DNA of 64,000 bases from Azolla caroliniana (lineage: Eukaryota; Plantae; Polypodiophyta), in assembly GCA_043228905.1 (NCBI GenBank), contig JBHGNT010000014.1, forward strand, positions 5,580,001 to 5,644,000, given 5' to 3'. Below the pieces are notes generated by a model that was not told where the DNA came from, did no database searches, and was given only the letters and a program-made list of their open reading frames with translations. The position numbers were made by a program, and so were the translations under genes. This document shows positions 42,222-55,757 of the stretch, one piece after another; position 1 is the first letter of the stretch, and each line of letters begins with the position of its first letter.

Positions 42222-43665
42222 CTATGTTTGAAGTTGCTTAACATCAGATATAGTTTGTAGGCATTCTCGAACTGCAATCATTGCCTGGCCATAAGCAACA
42301 AATTCTTTAAGAGAGCATTCTTTCAGAATTAATGTGTCAAGATTGTAACTGAACTCATTCTGGGATCAAACAGCACAACATAGAGTAGAAAGAAGATATA
42401 CTATCTTCTATTAAAGCACATAATGTTGATGGCCTATAATACCAATAAAGTTCAAATATTCACACTCTGAAGGCCAATTTGATAAACATGGTGACTAAAA
42501 AGCTCAATGGTGTATGCCACGACGATACGTGTAGCCAGCAATACGTTTCAAACATTGGAAGAGACATCCTGTTGATCGATTTACAGTCCATGATGTGATA
42601 AACCCATATCTCTTTATCATAGGATCATGTTTATTGAGAACCTAGTGTTTCATACTAAAGTGGAAGTTAAATAAATATCCAATCATTTGATGTCAGCAGA
42701 GAATCAGGAGATAGAACCATAAAAGGCTCAACTAGAGTACTACCAAAATGCTTCAGGAATACCAAACATTGACTAAGATGACCTCAAAAAGATTGAAATG
42801 GAAATCACTATAAGTTTAAGCCATATGGCAATTGAATATTAGTCCTGAATGTTAAGTGCTGATGTAAATAAATTTATTTGATTAAAATAATCTGCTATAA
42901 TTGTATCATTTCCATCTTTGTTCATCTCTATGGTCATTTCTCTTCACACAAAAATACCACAATATAGCTTACGCTTAACCCTATGGCCACCAAGCTAACA
43001 AGAAATATACTACTAATGAAACTAAAAAGTGCAATACCATCATTATGAATCCATTTCTAACAAATACTAAGAAGCGAAAGTTAGTCCTACAAATTAAATT
43101 TGTAACTTGCTCATAGATTCAATCAATCTTGTAAATTTGCTAATACTCGAAACAGTTACAAACGATCTGTTAATTTGTTATATTTAACAAACTGATCAAA
43201 GTATAATCAATTTAATATTTTTAGGATGTTTATTTTAATAAATAACTTTAATAAAATAAAATGTAAAGGGCTACTTCTGAAATTTACTCTTTCGTTACGT
43301 ATGAGTTTATAGTTTATGTATAGTTTTCAAATTGATATATTAGAGAAATTTGTGGATGCCAATAGTTTTTTACTATCCACATAAACTTATAAAGCCAAAA
43401 ATTAGTTTGAATGACCATATAATTCACGTTGCAGATCCATACCGATCGTGTCGTTTCCACATCATGAGATCTTAGTAAATTGTCACCAAGTTCCTGAATT
43501 GCAACTCAAAAAATTATCAATACATAAACACAATAATAATAATTTAGCAATAAAAGGAAATTCATCCTCTTTTATAACCTCTAATTTCTTCACTAAGATA
43601 ATTGAGATTTTCGAGAGTGCTAGGTTCAGAGTCTCGGAGGAGTAACCAGCCTGTATAAATATAAT

Positions 43666-43702
<37 letters not shown>

Positions 43703-46700
43703 TTGTTGTTCTCAAAGACGAGACAACACTAAGATGTGGCCTCTTAAAAGACATTAATATATTTTTCTTTCTTTCTCTCTCTCATTTAGCCTGCTCACCC
43801 TTTAGAAATAACATGAGTTAAAAAAATGCTCTCCGCTCTTGTCGTTGCTGTTTTTTTCCTTCACTTTGCGTTTTCTGCAATATTTGATCCTCTGCATTTT
43901 CTGCAACGTCTGATCCTCTGCATTTTCTGCCAAATCTGATCCTCTGCATTTTCTGCCAAGTCTGATCCTATGCGTTTTCTACGAAGCAGGCATTCCTGAT
44001 TTCTATATTGTTCCTCTTCCCACCACATTTCTCTGATCAGACCTTGTACCTGCTGTCCTAAGACACCATGGAGCCTGAATGGACGGAAAATGAAGGTATG
44101 GAACTCAACGCTCATGAAGAGGGTTCAGATCCATGGAAGACCCCAAAAAGATACCATAGAAGAAAAGGAAGGGATGGAAGTACCCCCAAGGCATTAGAAG
44201 GGCACACAAGGCACCCAAAATGCAGGCTACATTCAACCTTCCATTTGATGTTGAAGAGGGAAAACATGATCTATTATGCCATTTGATTATGCAAGAGATC
44301 AATCTTATCAAAGAGGATATAGAAAGAGAATTACAAGAAGAAATGAAATAGGAGATAGAAAAACAGAAAACAGAGTTGTATGCCTCTCTCAAGATTGAGT
44401 CATTAGAAGAGATGTGAAAAGACATCACAAGCCATGTCAAGAAACCAAACTTAGAGCTCAAGGATGTCATCACACTACATTCGAAGAAGAAGACAAGAGA
44501 AAAGCTCGTGCACTGCATGTATGAGAGGTTGGTTGGGTTGAAAAAGGAAGCCCACAAGAAGATGCCAAGAATCTTGGAACAAAGATTGGGACATTAGATA
44601 TTCCATTTGCTTCAGCATGGAGGGTGGGACGAGATGAGTCTAGAGCTAAAGCCCTTATTATGGATATCAACAAGAAAAAAGCTTTTCTATCTAAAAAAGG
44701 GCACTTAAGGGTGAGAAAATATACTTAGATGACAATCTCACTCCAACTCAAGTGGCACACTGCAAAGAAAACATGCCACGAGTGCTTGATGCAAGAGAGG
44801 AAGGAAAATGGGTTGTATATAGAGATGGTGTTGTCATTATTATAGAGAAGAGAATTGCATGATGATGTATGGCCTATGAGATCCTATGCATGATTATATG
44901 GAATTGCAATGGCTCTATACGGACAAAGGTCATGTATTTTGAAGATACCATCAAAAACACAGATATTGTTATGTATATAAAGACCCACCAATATATGGCT
45001 AACAAACTCCTCAATGTACAAGGATATAGATAGGAGTCAATATGTCATCCCCAACCTCAGACACCAAGAAGCACTAGAGATTCGGGAGGAGCTTCATGAT
45101 AGAGTGCATGTTGTCCATAAGGACGAATATGCATGTTACATGTCGATACAAATCAAATGGGGGGATCTTAGGGAACTATACAATGCAATTTGCTACTTTC
45201 CGCGTACATACTCAAGGTTTGCACATCTTGGTGAATCACCATATCTACCATTATATGATGATATCATAAGATTTGCTACTATAGGGGACATAATACTATT
45301 AGGAGACTTCAATGCACGAACTAAGGATGAACAAACAACTATTTTTGACACCAAAGAGGCTGTTTATGTAGAAGTTATGGCAGAAGAGGTTAGTCTAAAG
45401 CTACAAGCTTGATATATGACTGCTATAATTGAATATGGCAAACACTTTCTTGCCTTTGGAAGTGCGCATTGATTTGTGATATAGAATGGATTGTCATTAT
45501 GGCCTAGACCAGATGCTTTGGCATGTTGGAACCCAAAAGGAGGTGCAAGCACAATCAATTATCTAATGGGATCTCCATCTCTTATACCTGAAATAAAAGA
45601 GTTCACTATATCGGGTAGACCTATTAGCTTGGCAGCAGATCATGCATATCTACGCTTCGAGGTAAAGGATGGATTAACACGGGATGTATATGATAAGGAG
45701 AGTGGGCTAGCTAAGTATCTATTTACTCAAGAGACAATTGCTGTGTATAGTTGTGGAGTATACAATGGCATGATAGATTTGGATCCTTTCTCGCCCCTTG
45801 ATGAACTTACCCAAGGATTGTCAAAAACATTGCATAAAGCAGCCACAAATGCCTTTCCTCACAACTCCCAATCCCCCCAAACTTGGTAGAGTAATACAAA
45901 ATAGTTGGTATGATGAGGAACGTCGTGATACAAGGAGATGCTTGCAGCGTGAAGTAACTCGGGGCATTTATACACAAACAAGCGAGAGCAACTTTCTAAC
46001 ACCTCGTAAGGAAGAAGAAGAGATTGTATTTGGCTAGTATTTGAAGATCATTTGTATCGCTTGTTTCTACGACAAGAAAGTAAAAGAGCATGGAAAATGT
46101 TTAATGAGAGGCAACCTACCACACAAGTGACCTCACCTCAAGTGTGGCATGAATATGCAAAGGTTCTATATGATATCCTAGGGCAACCTCCTCTTCCACG
46201 CCCACATTAATCAACCTTTTTAACTCCACAAAATGTAAGAAATGCCATTGATCAATTACAATTTCGGAAGGCCCAGGATCATGATGGATTGGTTGGTGAG
46301 CACTTTTTATATATGCTCGTGACATCTTGTTGCCATTGCAGGCACACATCTTTAATAAAGTCATGTGTGAAGGTTTCCATACTAGATGGACTCAGCATAC
46401 CATCGTACCAATTCTCAAGACTACAGACCCCATGATGCCAAGCAACTATAGGACAATCATGATTGGCCATTACTTGGGCAAACTATATGGCTTGATTCTA
46501 GTATCAGAATTGATTATATGGGCAAAGCAGAATGGCTGCCGTTCAGCTCGACAGGCAGGCTTTCGGAAGGGGTTCACAACTATGGAGCACATATTGACAC
46601 TCCGAGCCCTTATCAAAGAGGGCAGAGCCCATAATAAGAGGATTTATTGCTGCTTTGAGGATTTCCAAAAAGCCTTTCACACTGCCTTTGGCTAGAAGCC

Positions 46701-49700
46701 CTTGGTGTTCCTACAAATATGCAATGGGGAATCTATGCACTCTTATGAATCTGCGTCAAGAAAAGTGTGGTCTTCCAAGGGTTTGTCCGAGACAGTGGCT
46801 AGCACAATCGAAGTGAAGCAAGGATGCCCACTATCGCCCACTCTCTTCGGTCTCTACATAGATGAGGTATCACATTACATAGAGAGATTCGGGGGTTCGG
46901 GAGCATGCCTAAGAGGTATGTTTATTATACAAATATTACTATATGCTAATGATATTGTGCTGATTTCTGACTCTCTGGCAAGACTACAAAGACATCTAAA
47001 TGCCTTAAAACTATTTCGTACGGACAAAGATTTGTCGCTGAACATGGATAAAACTAAAGTGATGGTATTTAACACCACTCAAGCATGGGTAACAAGATCA
47101 GAACCGGAATTCTTCTTGGGAGAGGAAAAGGTGGAATACACACGTTGCTACACATACCTAGGAGTAACATTTACAAGGCCTAGGTTTCTCCTTACGGGAG
47201 GCTGCTTGTACCCGACTTTCTCTAGGATATGCAGCCCTTGGTGCTCTTGACAGACAATGAGGACATTTGCACTTACAAGAGCCATGAACTAACTTGTTAT
47301 TTGATACACTTGTAACACCAACTCTTCTCTATGAAGTAGAAACGTGGGGACCGAGAAAGTTTTAGAGAGACCTTTAGTGTCAATGATTGCCCGAATGATA
47401 AGGAGCAAAGTATCGGTTCCCCATGATATAATCCGGGCAGAGATGGGAGCAACCCCTACAATCACCACAGCATTGTTCCGAGTGGTGACATGTATCCAAC
47501 GTTTTTGGGAGCTCCCTAGACGAAGGTACCCAAGGTTGGCACTTATGTCATCAAGACAACTGGCTGAAAATGGAGACATTCATTGTTGGTATGCTAAAAT
47601 GTAGCAATGGAGTCACATGACATAAGCATAAATGCACTACCCCATTCCAATATAGCTTGGACTGTCCCGATCTAAATATGACCAAAGTGGAAAAGAATGG
47701 AATGATCCAAATTGATATTTTTAACTTGGAAACCAAGATAACATGGATCAGCCCCCACATCACTTGGTACGAAGATGGGTCACTACAAGACACTTTTTAC
47801 ACACATCAGAGGATGGATTCATCATCAGGCCACCTTATATGGACATACATCTATCTTATGCGATGCACAATGTGATAGAGTAGTTGCAAACTTCATCACA
47901 TCAGTTAGAGATTGAGGTAGGTAGATAAACACAAATACCTCTAGAAGAAAGAATTTGCCAATTGTGTCATCAAGGAGTGGAATCAAAAGAACACTATGTT
48001 TGTCACTGTAGTGTCTTTTATGAAATTAGAGGCAGATACCATTGCCTCTTTAAACAAGGCTTTGGCCCAATCAGCAAGGTAATGGAATACAACGACCAAT
48101 GGTGCCTAGGACTTTTCTTGCTAGAACTCAAGCAGCATAGGGAAAAGTTGTTGAAGGACAATAATACAGCCACACAAGCTCATCCACAAAGAACAATCAC
48201 CACTTTCTTTAGCCCCATCACTCTAATGCTACAAGTCAATCAAGGAATACACAACTAGGCTCCCGACTAGGAAATAACAAAGGGGTTACAATGAATGGAT
48301 CAAGCAATAGCAATTTGTCGTGAACATAGGTGCCGGCCCCACGGACCACAACTGCAACACCCTTGTCATTGACCGATAAAGGCCATTATCTCCCGCCATT
48401 GTAGACAAAAGTTATAATATATCTAACTTGAGAATCTCACAAGTGGTGAAAATCCAATTCTTCAGTCTCTTTTTTTTTATTTACTTTTATATTTATTGAG
48501 TAATATTTATTTTATTTTGATTTGTTGTTCTCAAAGACGAGACAACACTTAAGATGTAATGTCTTGTTTGGTCTTAGAGGCCATTTTGGCCTCTTAAAAG
48601 ACATTAATATATTTTTCTTTCCTTCTTTTTTCTTACATAAGTGCCAACCTTGAGTAGAAAATTGTCCCTATGAAACTTCTATTGTAGTATGTAAACAAGA
48701 ACCATCCAATCTGATTCTAGTTGCAAATATTGGACCTAGGGCCAAGGTCCAATATACTTGTTTATTTGGACAAATGTTGAGAGCAATGACAAGGTAAGAT
48801 TTTGAAAGAGTTTCATGAAAGAAGTAGTGAAAATTTTTAATTGGACATTTATATCAATAATGTTCACATTAATAGTTATAAGGTGTTTGAAGGATGACAA
48901 CATTTTGACATCCCATGTTATACATGCTAGCCCGTACTATAAAAATAGCAATTTTGGGGAATGTTTGTTAGATATAATCAATGATCAGCCCCAAGTTGTA
49001 AATCTATCCCCATATGTGCTCTTAGAGTGCACATTTTGTGATAGCGCCCCAAATGAGGAGCGGCTAGTGTGCAACTCGACCATATGGGTCGATAAGGTGT
49101 TAATCTAGGAAACCGTAGATGCGTAGGACACAAAATATTTAGGAAAGAGAGAAATAGATAAAAGGATTGGCTAATCAAGTCAGCTAGAATATTTTGTGGG
49201 CAAGTTACGATGTACTTAGTCTTGAAGTATGCGTCATTGACTTCAAGATAAGTATTATCTAGCACTAGCCTGTACCTAGGGAGTTGGGTCATATTAAATG
49301 ACAAGTCAGTTGACAGAAAAGGAATATCTCCACTACTGTCAACTGACTTGCACATTTATACTAAGACCAAACATAGATTATATGTCACTTTTCTCACACA
49401 GTGGTGAGATTGATCATTCGTCCCCACTAATTTTGTAGTGAGCCGGTCCATATCCTATCTAAGCTCTAAGGTGTGAGCGCATGGGAAAACTACCATTTTG
49501 AACTACTCTCATATGTAATAGAAATTCTGTTTTCATATATCCATCTCTGCAGTTGTAACTCTATATACCTATCTACTCGATTCTCAATATTTCTAATAAT
49601 GTTGAGTGTGGAGGACTGCCAATTCCACAATGTTGGGTTTTTCAAAACCTTGAGAGATCTTTATCATTTGTTTTAGTGGTGTTTTCAACAACATGATTGT

Positions 49701-51413
49701 CCAGTTGGAACATTCCTATCAGTTCGCGTTTGCAAGGACTTGAGTTAAGGGCCGAAACACTTTGTTCTTGTAATCTTTTGAAAGATTGTCTATTCCACAA
49801 TTTTGGGTTTTTCAAAGTCTTGAGAAATCTTTATCATTTGTAGTGGTGTTTTCAACAACATGACTAGATAGTTGGAACACTCCTATCAGTTTGTTTTTCC
49901 ACGGAAATGAGTTGAGGGCTGAAACACTTTGTTCTCATAATCTCTTGAAGGATTGCTGATTCCACAATTTTGGGTTTTTCAAAGTCTTGAGAAATCTTTA
50001 TCATTTGTAGTGGTGTTTTCAACAACATGACTGGATAGTTGGAACACTCCTATCAGTTTGTTTTTCCACGGAAATGAGTTGAGGGCTGAAACACTTTGTT
50101 CTCATAATCTCTTGAAGGATTGCCGATTCCACAATTTTGGGTTTTTCAAAGTCTTGAGAAATCTTTATCATTTGTAGTGGTGTTTTCAACAACATGATTA
50201 GTCAGTTGGAACACTCCTATCAGTTTGTGTTTCCAAGAACTTGAGTTAAGGGCTGTCTTTTGGTTTTAGCTGGATTACATAATTGATGATACCACTCAAT
50301 AATCTCTTGATCAATGAATTGTGATACTAACCCTTCGCCATGATAAATGTATTCAATATCTATCACCAATTTTTGAAGCGCCACTCTACTTCAACAACTT
50401 AATGTTTAGTGCAACAACAAATCATATAAGTGGACAATACTACCCCAGAAACTTTTAACTCATGAGGCACGATTTGCTACTTTCATTCTTCCGTATTCTG
50501 CAAAACTCTTAAGTCAGAACATAAAGAAACATGGAGACTGAAGTCAATCCATAAAAGCATTATCTACCAGTCTCTAATAGCATCGTTTGAGAGGCTACAT
50601 TAACTTAAATTTGCTATGCAAACATTTCATGATCTTAATTTCTGCTACGCTAACATTCTACAAATGTCCAATGAAACTGCTCAAAACAATCTCTTAATCC
50701 AAGAAACTATTTTCGTCCTTCCATATTATACGTAAAACTTAAACAGTGACTCTGAGACAAAAACCATACAACAAAACTGACCACAAAGAACGGATTGAAA
50801 ATAGAAGCTAACCTCACGGACCGGTGAACTCTCTCTTCTATCTGATGGTAGAATCTGTTCTGATTGGCCATTTTCAACGTGGTTAGAGTTCACAGCAGGA
50901 GAAGGATGAGGAGCCCCATGAGCCGTCAGGTCACTACTTCTCCGATCTTCTTCTTCCTCTCCAACTCTTTCTTGCAGAATTTTCTGAGCTGCTTCAGCCT
51001 GAGTGAGGATCCATTGATCACAAGCCACACAGTACATCTTCCTCTGCCTATGAGCAAGAGATCAAGCGGAAATCAGAGAAAGTAATATAGGACAATGGCG
51101 GTAGAAGAGAGGCATGTGAAAGACTAGAAAGGTACACAAAGTGAAGGAAAAGCAGCTGCAAGAAATGAGGGGATGGTGTGGGAAAAAAACAGAAAGGGAG
51201 GAAGAAAAGGGTAGAGAATGAACGCAGAAAACCCGTTGAAAGAAAGAAAAGGAACAGTAGAAGAAGAAGAAGAAGAGATTGCATATACCTGTTCCGAACG
51301 AGAGGTGTGAGGCACTGTGGACAGTGGTCTTGGAGGAGAGCCCATCCCTGCAACAGCTTCTCCGCTAAGGCTGCGCTTGGATCGGTGGCAAGCCCGCCGC
51401 CATTGGCGCTCAT
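42222..51413 (-). CDS. SSSCA1/ZNRD2-like (autoantigen p27 family) zinc-ribbon protein; exon 1 51413-51289, exon 2 51047-50813, probable last coding exon 42359-42222; middle exons unresolved
   Basis: LAEKLLQGWALLQDHCPQCLTPLVRNRQRKMYCVAC matches the Auto_anti-p27 pattern; GT-AG junctions in phase; terminal exon ...AMIAVRECLQTISDVKQLQT* resembles the family's C-terminal helix. Confidence 0.75.
43800..48630 (+). mobile_element. Near full-length degenerate LINE (ORF1 ~44068-44860; ORF2 APE-RT-CCHC ~44870-48258), possibly RTEX-like; intronic and antisense to the host gene
   Basis: ILLGDFNART, QAGFRKG, KQGCPLSPTLFGLYI, LLYANDIVL, YTYLGV, CQLCHQGVESKEHYVCHC; ~24-bp tandem repeats in the 5' UTR; hairpin-rich 3' UTR. 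Confidence 0.9.
49610..50255. repeat. Intronic tandem repeat, ~165-170 bp unit, ~3.8 copies
   Basis: TTCCACAA(T)TTTGGGTTTTTCAAA...AACACTTTGTTCT recurs at ~49623, 49793, 49960 and 50127. Confidence 0.85.
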
Positions 51414-52081
51414 AGCTACTACTGCTTCTTCTCTTCTCTTCTCTTCTCTTCTCTTCTCTTCTGCAGGGGGCAAAGGCCAAGCAAGGGCCAGAGAGAACAG
51501 GAAGAGCAAGAGAAGAAATTGTGAGTTATGTATGTATATGTACTTCACTGCTTTTTGGTTTGGAAGAGAGAAAGAAAGAAAGATATATATGTATTATAAC
51601 GTCTTCTAAGACCAAAATTAGCCCTATTGGTTTACAACAAAATTTGGGGTATATATATATTTACCCAATTCAGCGAAAGCAAAAATAAAATAGAACTTAA
51701 AGCTAATTGTACAAAAAAAAACATGTTATGATGTAACATGTTCTATAAAGGAAATGGCTTTACATATACTAGGCCTAGTTTCATTTCCATCCAAGTCTCT
51801 CGAAAAGAAGCCGAGGGGAGGTCAAAGGGTTTTGATGTAGATGTTGTGGCCCGTGGTCCCAATGTAAAAAAGATACCCCAACCATAGCTTCTAGGTGATG
51901 TAGCTCACGTTCCCTTATTTTCTTAATTGTTTCTATACCACGTCGGGTTGCTTTGAAGCCTGACATCCGAGGGCATTTGGTTGTTCTTTGCTTTCCTGCT
52001 TCTGCAAGGGAGAGGCGAAGTGGTGTAGGTGTGTCCACATTCATCATCTCCCCCTATCCCTGAAAAGTTTCATTAGTTACA

Positions 52082-52370
52082 TGTTGGTGAATTTTAGAAT
52101 AGTTATGGTTAGCACTTTGTAGCTTATTATCTCTATGTTATTATGCAATAGAGAATGCATGAGAATGTGTGCAAGCTAGAAATGAGAATGTGTGCAAGCT
52201 AGAAATGAGGATGCATGCAAGCTAGGAACTTCCACTGTTCAATCTACACTATGTGAAGTTGGATTTGATACAAGGATGCATATGTAGCTCAATTGGTAGG
52301 GTTGCCCAATAGAGACTGGGTTCAATACCTACCTTCCTCTGTGGCATATGTTTATGAAACCTTCTCATCT
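52082..52370 (-). mobile_element. LTR fragment homologous in reverse orientation to the 27759-28508 LTR, with the tRNA-like module
   Basis: ATGCAAGCTAGGAA..AATCTACA..ATGTAG(C/T)TCAATTGGTA..CCCAATA..GGGTTCAAT matches revcomp of 28060-28300. Confidence 0.65.
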
Positions 52371-52730
52371 CCCTTGTTGTTGCAACTTCGGCGCTTCTCG
52401 ACCTGTCGATCCCTCTATGTCGGTGTCGACTTCCGTTGCCTCCTCTACCGTTTGGCCTTCTGTTAATTTGGCTCCTCCGAATCAAATTCCTCTTTTGAAC
52501 TGGGTGCCTCCGATCCATTCCAGATCTTGTCTGAACTGGGTGCCTCCGATCCATTCCAGCTCTTGTCCGAATTGGTTGTCTCCAATTCGTCATCAATCTT
52601 CAGGCCCTTTACCACATCAGACCATGTCCGGGTCGGCTCAGTCCTTATTGACTCTGCCGTCGTCACCACTTGTTCTGACTTTATCGGATGTGCCGACTTC
52701 TTTAGTCGACTCGGCGGTTACAATAGAGAC
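52371..52730 (-). mobile_element. Copia 3' extension fragment
   Basis: TRTWSDVVKGLKIDDELET, homologous to the ORF at 53693-54169. Confidence 0.65.
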
Positions 52731-54085
52731 ATGCTCTGTATCGCTCTCTCTCTCTCTCTCTCTCTACAATCGTTCCACCAAAATTACACTATACGAAGAT
52801 AATAACAACAATAGTCTAAACACTGTTTGCCCTAGGTCACATTTATACTAATATGACATTAGGACTATTTATAGATATAGCCCCAATGGGCTCTCAGAAA
52901 CATATCTACATATATGTCCCTTCATCCGGTGAGAGGTTCTCACCGGGCCTGCAACATCCGGTTCTCACTGGGTCTTCCTTGCCGGGTACTCGTCATCCGG
53001 TTCTCACCGAGTCTTCCGATGCCGGGTCTGCGTATCCCATCCGAAGGAACCGAGATCCTAATAGTATGCACGAGAGACAAATAGAGAGAGCAGAACATAA
53101 ACTCAATTCAAAATAACACTATGTAAAGTTTGTACATACAATGTGCTAAACAACACTATTTATACAAGTCCTCAAAAGGACTGATAGAAGTACTATGTAC
53201 TTCAATGCTCATACGAGCGACTGACACTAACTACGAGACAATGATTGCCTAGTAGTCGAGGCTACTACTAGGCTTCCTGTTCACAGTCGAATCCGGCTCT
53301 CCAATCTGTGTCCTCGATCCGACTGGTTGTTTCCATATACCGATCCGGCTCATCCTTCTGGATGCCAATCGGGCTTTGGCTTATTCAGTCGATCTGGATC
53401 CGTTTGAGCTTGCTCGCTCAACACTCCCCCTCAAGCTCAACTTGAGGTCGGATCGAGGTGTTAGTGTCTACCCGGCTCCTTCTGGCGTAGTTCTGCCTTG
53501 CTCGTGCTCCTCGTCCGGTCCGGTCTTGTTTGTCGTGACCCTTCTGGTTCTGCGCACCTTGATCTCCTCAATTGGCTTGTCTGCTCAACAGGCCCATTTC
53601 AGCTCCCTCGTTGCTACGACTCTAGCACTTGTCGATCCATCGGTTCCTTCGTGTCGGTGTCGACTTCCGCTGCCTTCTCGTTTGCTTGGCCTTTAGTTGA
53701 TCCGGCTTCTCCGAATCTTGAACTGAATCGTCTCATCCGATTTGTTACAGCTCTTGTCTGAGTCAATAGTCTCCAACTCGTCTTCCATTTTTAGGCCCTT
53801 CACCACATCGGACCACGTCCGGGTCTTGGCCTTCTTCCGGACGGCTCTGTCCTTCTTGACTCTGCCGCCGCTGCTAGTTGCTCCGACTTGTTCGGATGTG
53901 CCGACTCCTTCAATCGGCTCGACTTTCTTTTTCTGATTATCTCCTCCTTTGGTTCTTTCTTCCTCTCTAGCTCCTTGTCCAGTGCCATCCGTTCCCGTTC
54001 CTATTCTCCCCCTCAAGTGCGGCACATCGAGATGTTGTAGGCCGAGCATCTCCGAAAAGTGCTGCAAGTTGTCCGACCCGAGCAG

Positions 54086-55669
54086 TGTCGTGATGTGGCG
54101 TGCTTGAGGGTGGGAAAAACTGGCGAAAGGGGGGTCAAAAATGTGCATGTGCAATGTGTGTGCACACAAAAGCGATTAATTGTGCATATGCAAAATAAAA
54201 AGGAAAAGAAAGGGTGAAGAGGAGGTATAGAAGCTCGTGCAAAAAGTAAGAGAGAGGAGAGATAAAAGGTAGAGGGGAGACATGTTATAGATTTATAGAG
54301 ATAGAATTATATATTGTATAAGAGAGAGTTAGTGGGCTAGTGGATAGTCACATTGATTACTAGCTAGAGGTGCACAGTTCAAATCTAGTCTTATAGTGTA
54401 GCGTGATTTAAGGAATTTTATTCTTTTTTCATTGAAGACAAATTTGGCGACCCCCCCTTCTTTTTTTCCTATAAAAGGAGGTCGAGGGGGGCTCATTGAG
54501 GAGGACGTTTTGGGAGGAGGAGACTATCGCCAATTTTCCTTCGAAGCTCATCTCCTTATTCACCACTTCTCTTCATCTCATACCCCTTCATCCCCCCATC
54601 GCCACGTGCTCGTCTTATTCGCGTCGGCACTCGAAGTGCTCGTGAGCCCAAGCTTCGTTGGTTTGACGTTGCTCCACCCCGTTCGTCGTTGCGAGCCCGT
54701 GTGCTCGCCGTTCGGGTGGTCGTGGTTCGTTGGGATTGGCATTTTTGTGGTGCTCGTGTGTTCATCTTCGCCGTGTTCGGTTTTGCCTTGTCTCTAAGGG
54801 CATTTAATATTTATGTTTTGATTGAGCTTGTGGTTAACTATAAGTTGCCATTGTAAACAAAACCCTATTTTATAAAGGGTCCTCTTGCGTTGGAATCGAG
54901 CACGTATTTATCTCTTTGGTCAATATCATTCGTGTTTCTTTCTCTCCTTCTTTCTTTATTCGTGTCTTTCTTGTACGTTCGGCCGTCTTGTGAAGAGGGG
55001 ACCGTTCGGGCTTGCCCATGCACCTCTCCTCCTCATAAAGGTGTACGAGCATTTTGTGCATGTGTTTGTGTCTTCCTTGTACGTTTGGCCGTCTTGTGAT
55101 GAGGGGACCGTTCGGGCTTGCCCATGCACCTCTCCTCCTCATAAAGGCGTACGAGCATTTGTGTGTGTGTTTGTGTCTTCCTCGTACATTCGGTCGTCTT
55201 GTGACGAGGGGACCGTTCGGGCTTGCCCATGCACCTCTCCTCCTCATAAAGGCGTACGAGCATTTTGTGCATGTGTTTTGTGTCTTCCTCGTACGTTCGA
55301 CGTCTTGTGACGAGGGAGCGTTCGGGCGCGCCCATGCACCTCTCCTCCTCATAAAGACGTACGGACATTCGTGTTTGTGTTATCGTCCCCTTGTGCGTTC
55401 ATGTTGCGTGCTCATCTTGCTTGTACCCGTTTGGTCACTTGGCTCGTACGGTGATCTCGGAAGGTCGACGAGTCGTGATCAACGAGTCATGATCAATGAG
55501 AGCCACCGGCCTCACAAAACAAAGGGCAATGAGACCTTGCTCGGGAAGGGGTCGGGAAGTAGTATTGTCGTAAAGCAAACCTTGGGTCTTCTCTATCCCT
55601 TGAGTACTCCCTTGTCCGAGACCCCCTTGGTCCCGCCCAAGTAACACAAGTGCATGAAACTTCGTGACA
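54086..55669 (+). mobile_element. Long solo LTR of the Trp-PBS family with a tRNA-like module and an internal ~106-bp tandem array (~54960-55380)
   Basis: TGTCGTGA...CGTGACA; flanks GCAG/GCGG; removing it restores host RNaseH FTKPL|GSD; TATAAAAG ~54470; shared U5 motif ~55615. Confidence 0.85.
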
Positions 55670-55738
55670 GCGGCTTGGTGAAGATGTGGGCAACATGTCG
55701 ATCCGTGTGAACATACCGAAGTTCAACTTCACCGCTCA

Positions 55739-55757
55739 GGTTTAGGGTTTAGGGTTA
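55739..55757 (+). repeat. Interstitial plant telomere repeat (TTTAGGG)2+
   Basis: GGTTTAGGGTTTAGGGTTA inside the copia RNaseH. Confidence 0.75.

Noticed and set aside
52737-53120. Possible additional solo LTR
   Set aside because: It has LTR-like composition but no clear termini or TSD.
54870-55644. Overlapping 110-196 aa repetitive ORFs
   Set aside because: Artefacts of the tandem array inside the solo LTR.
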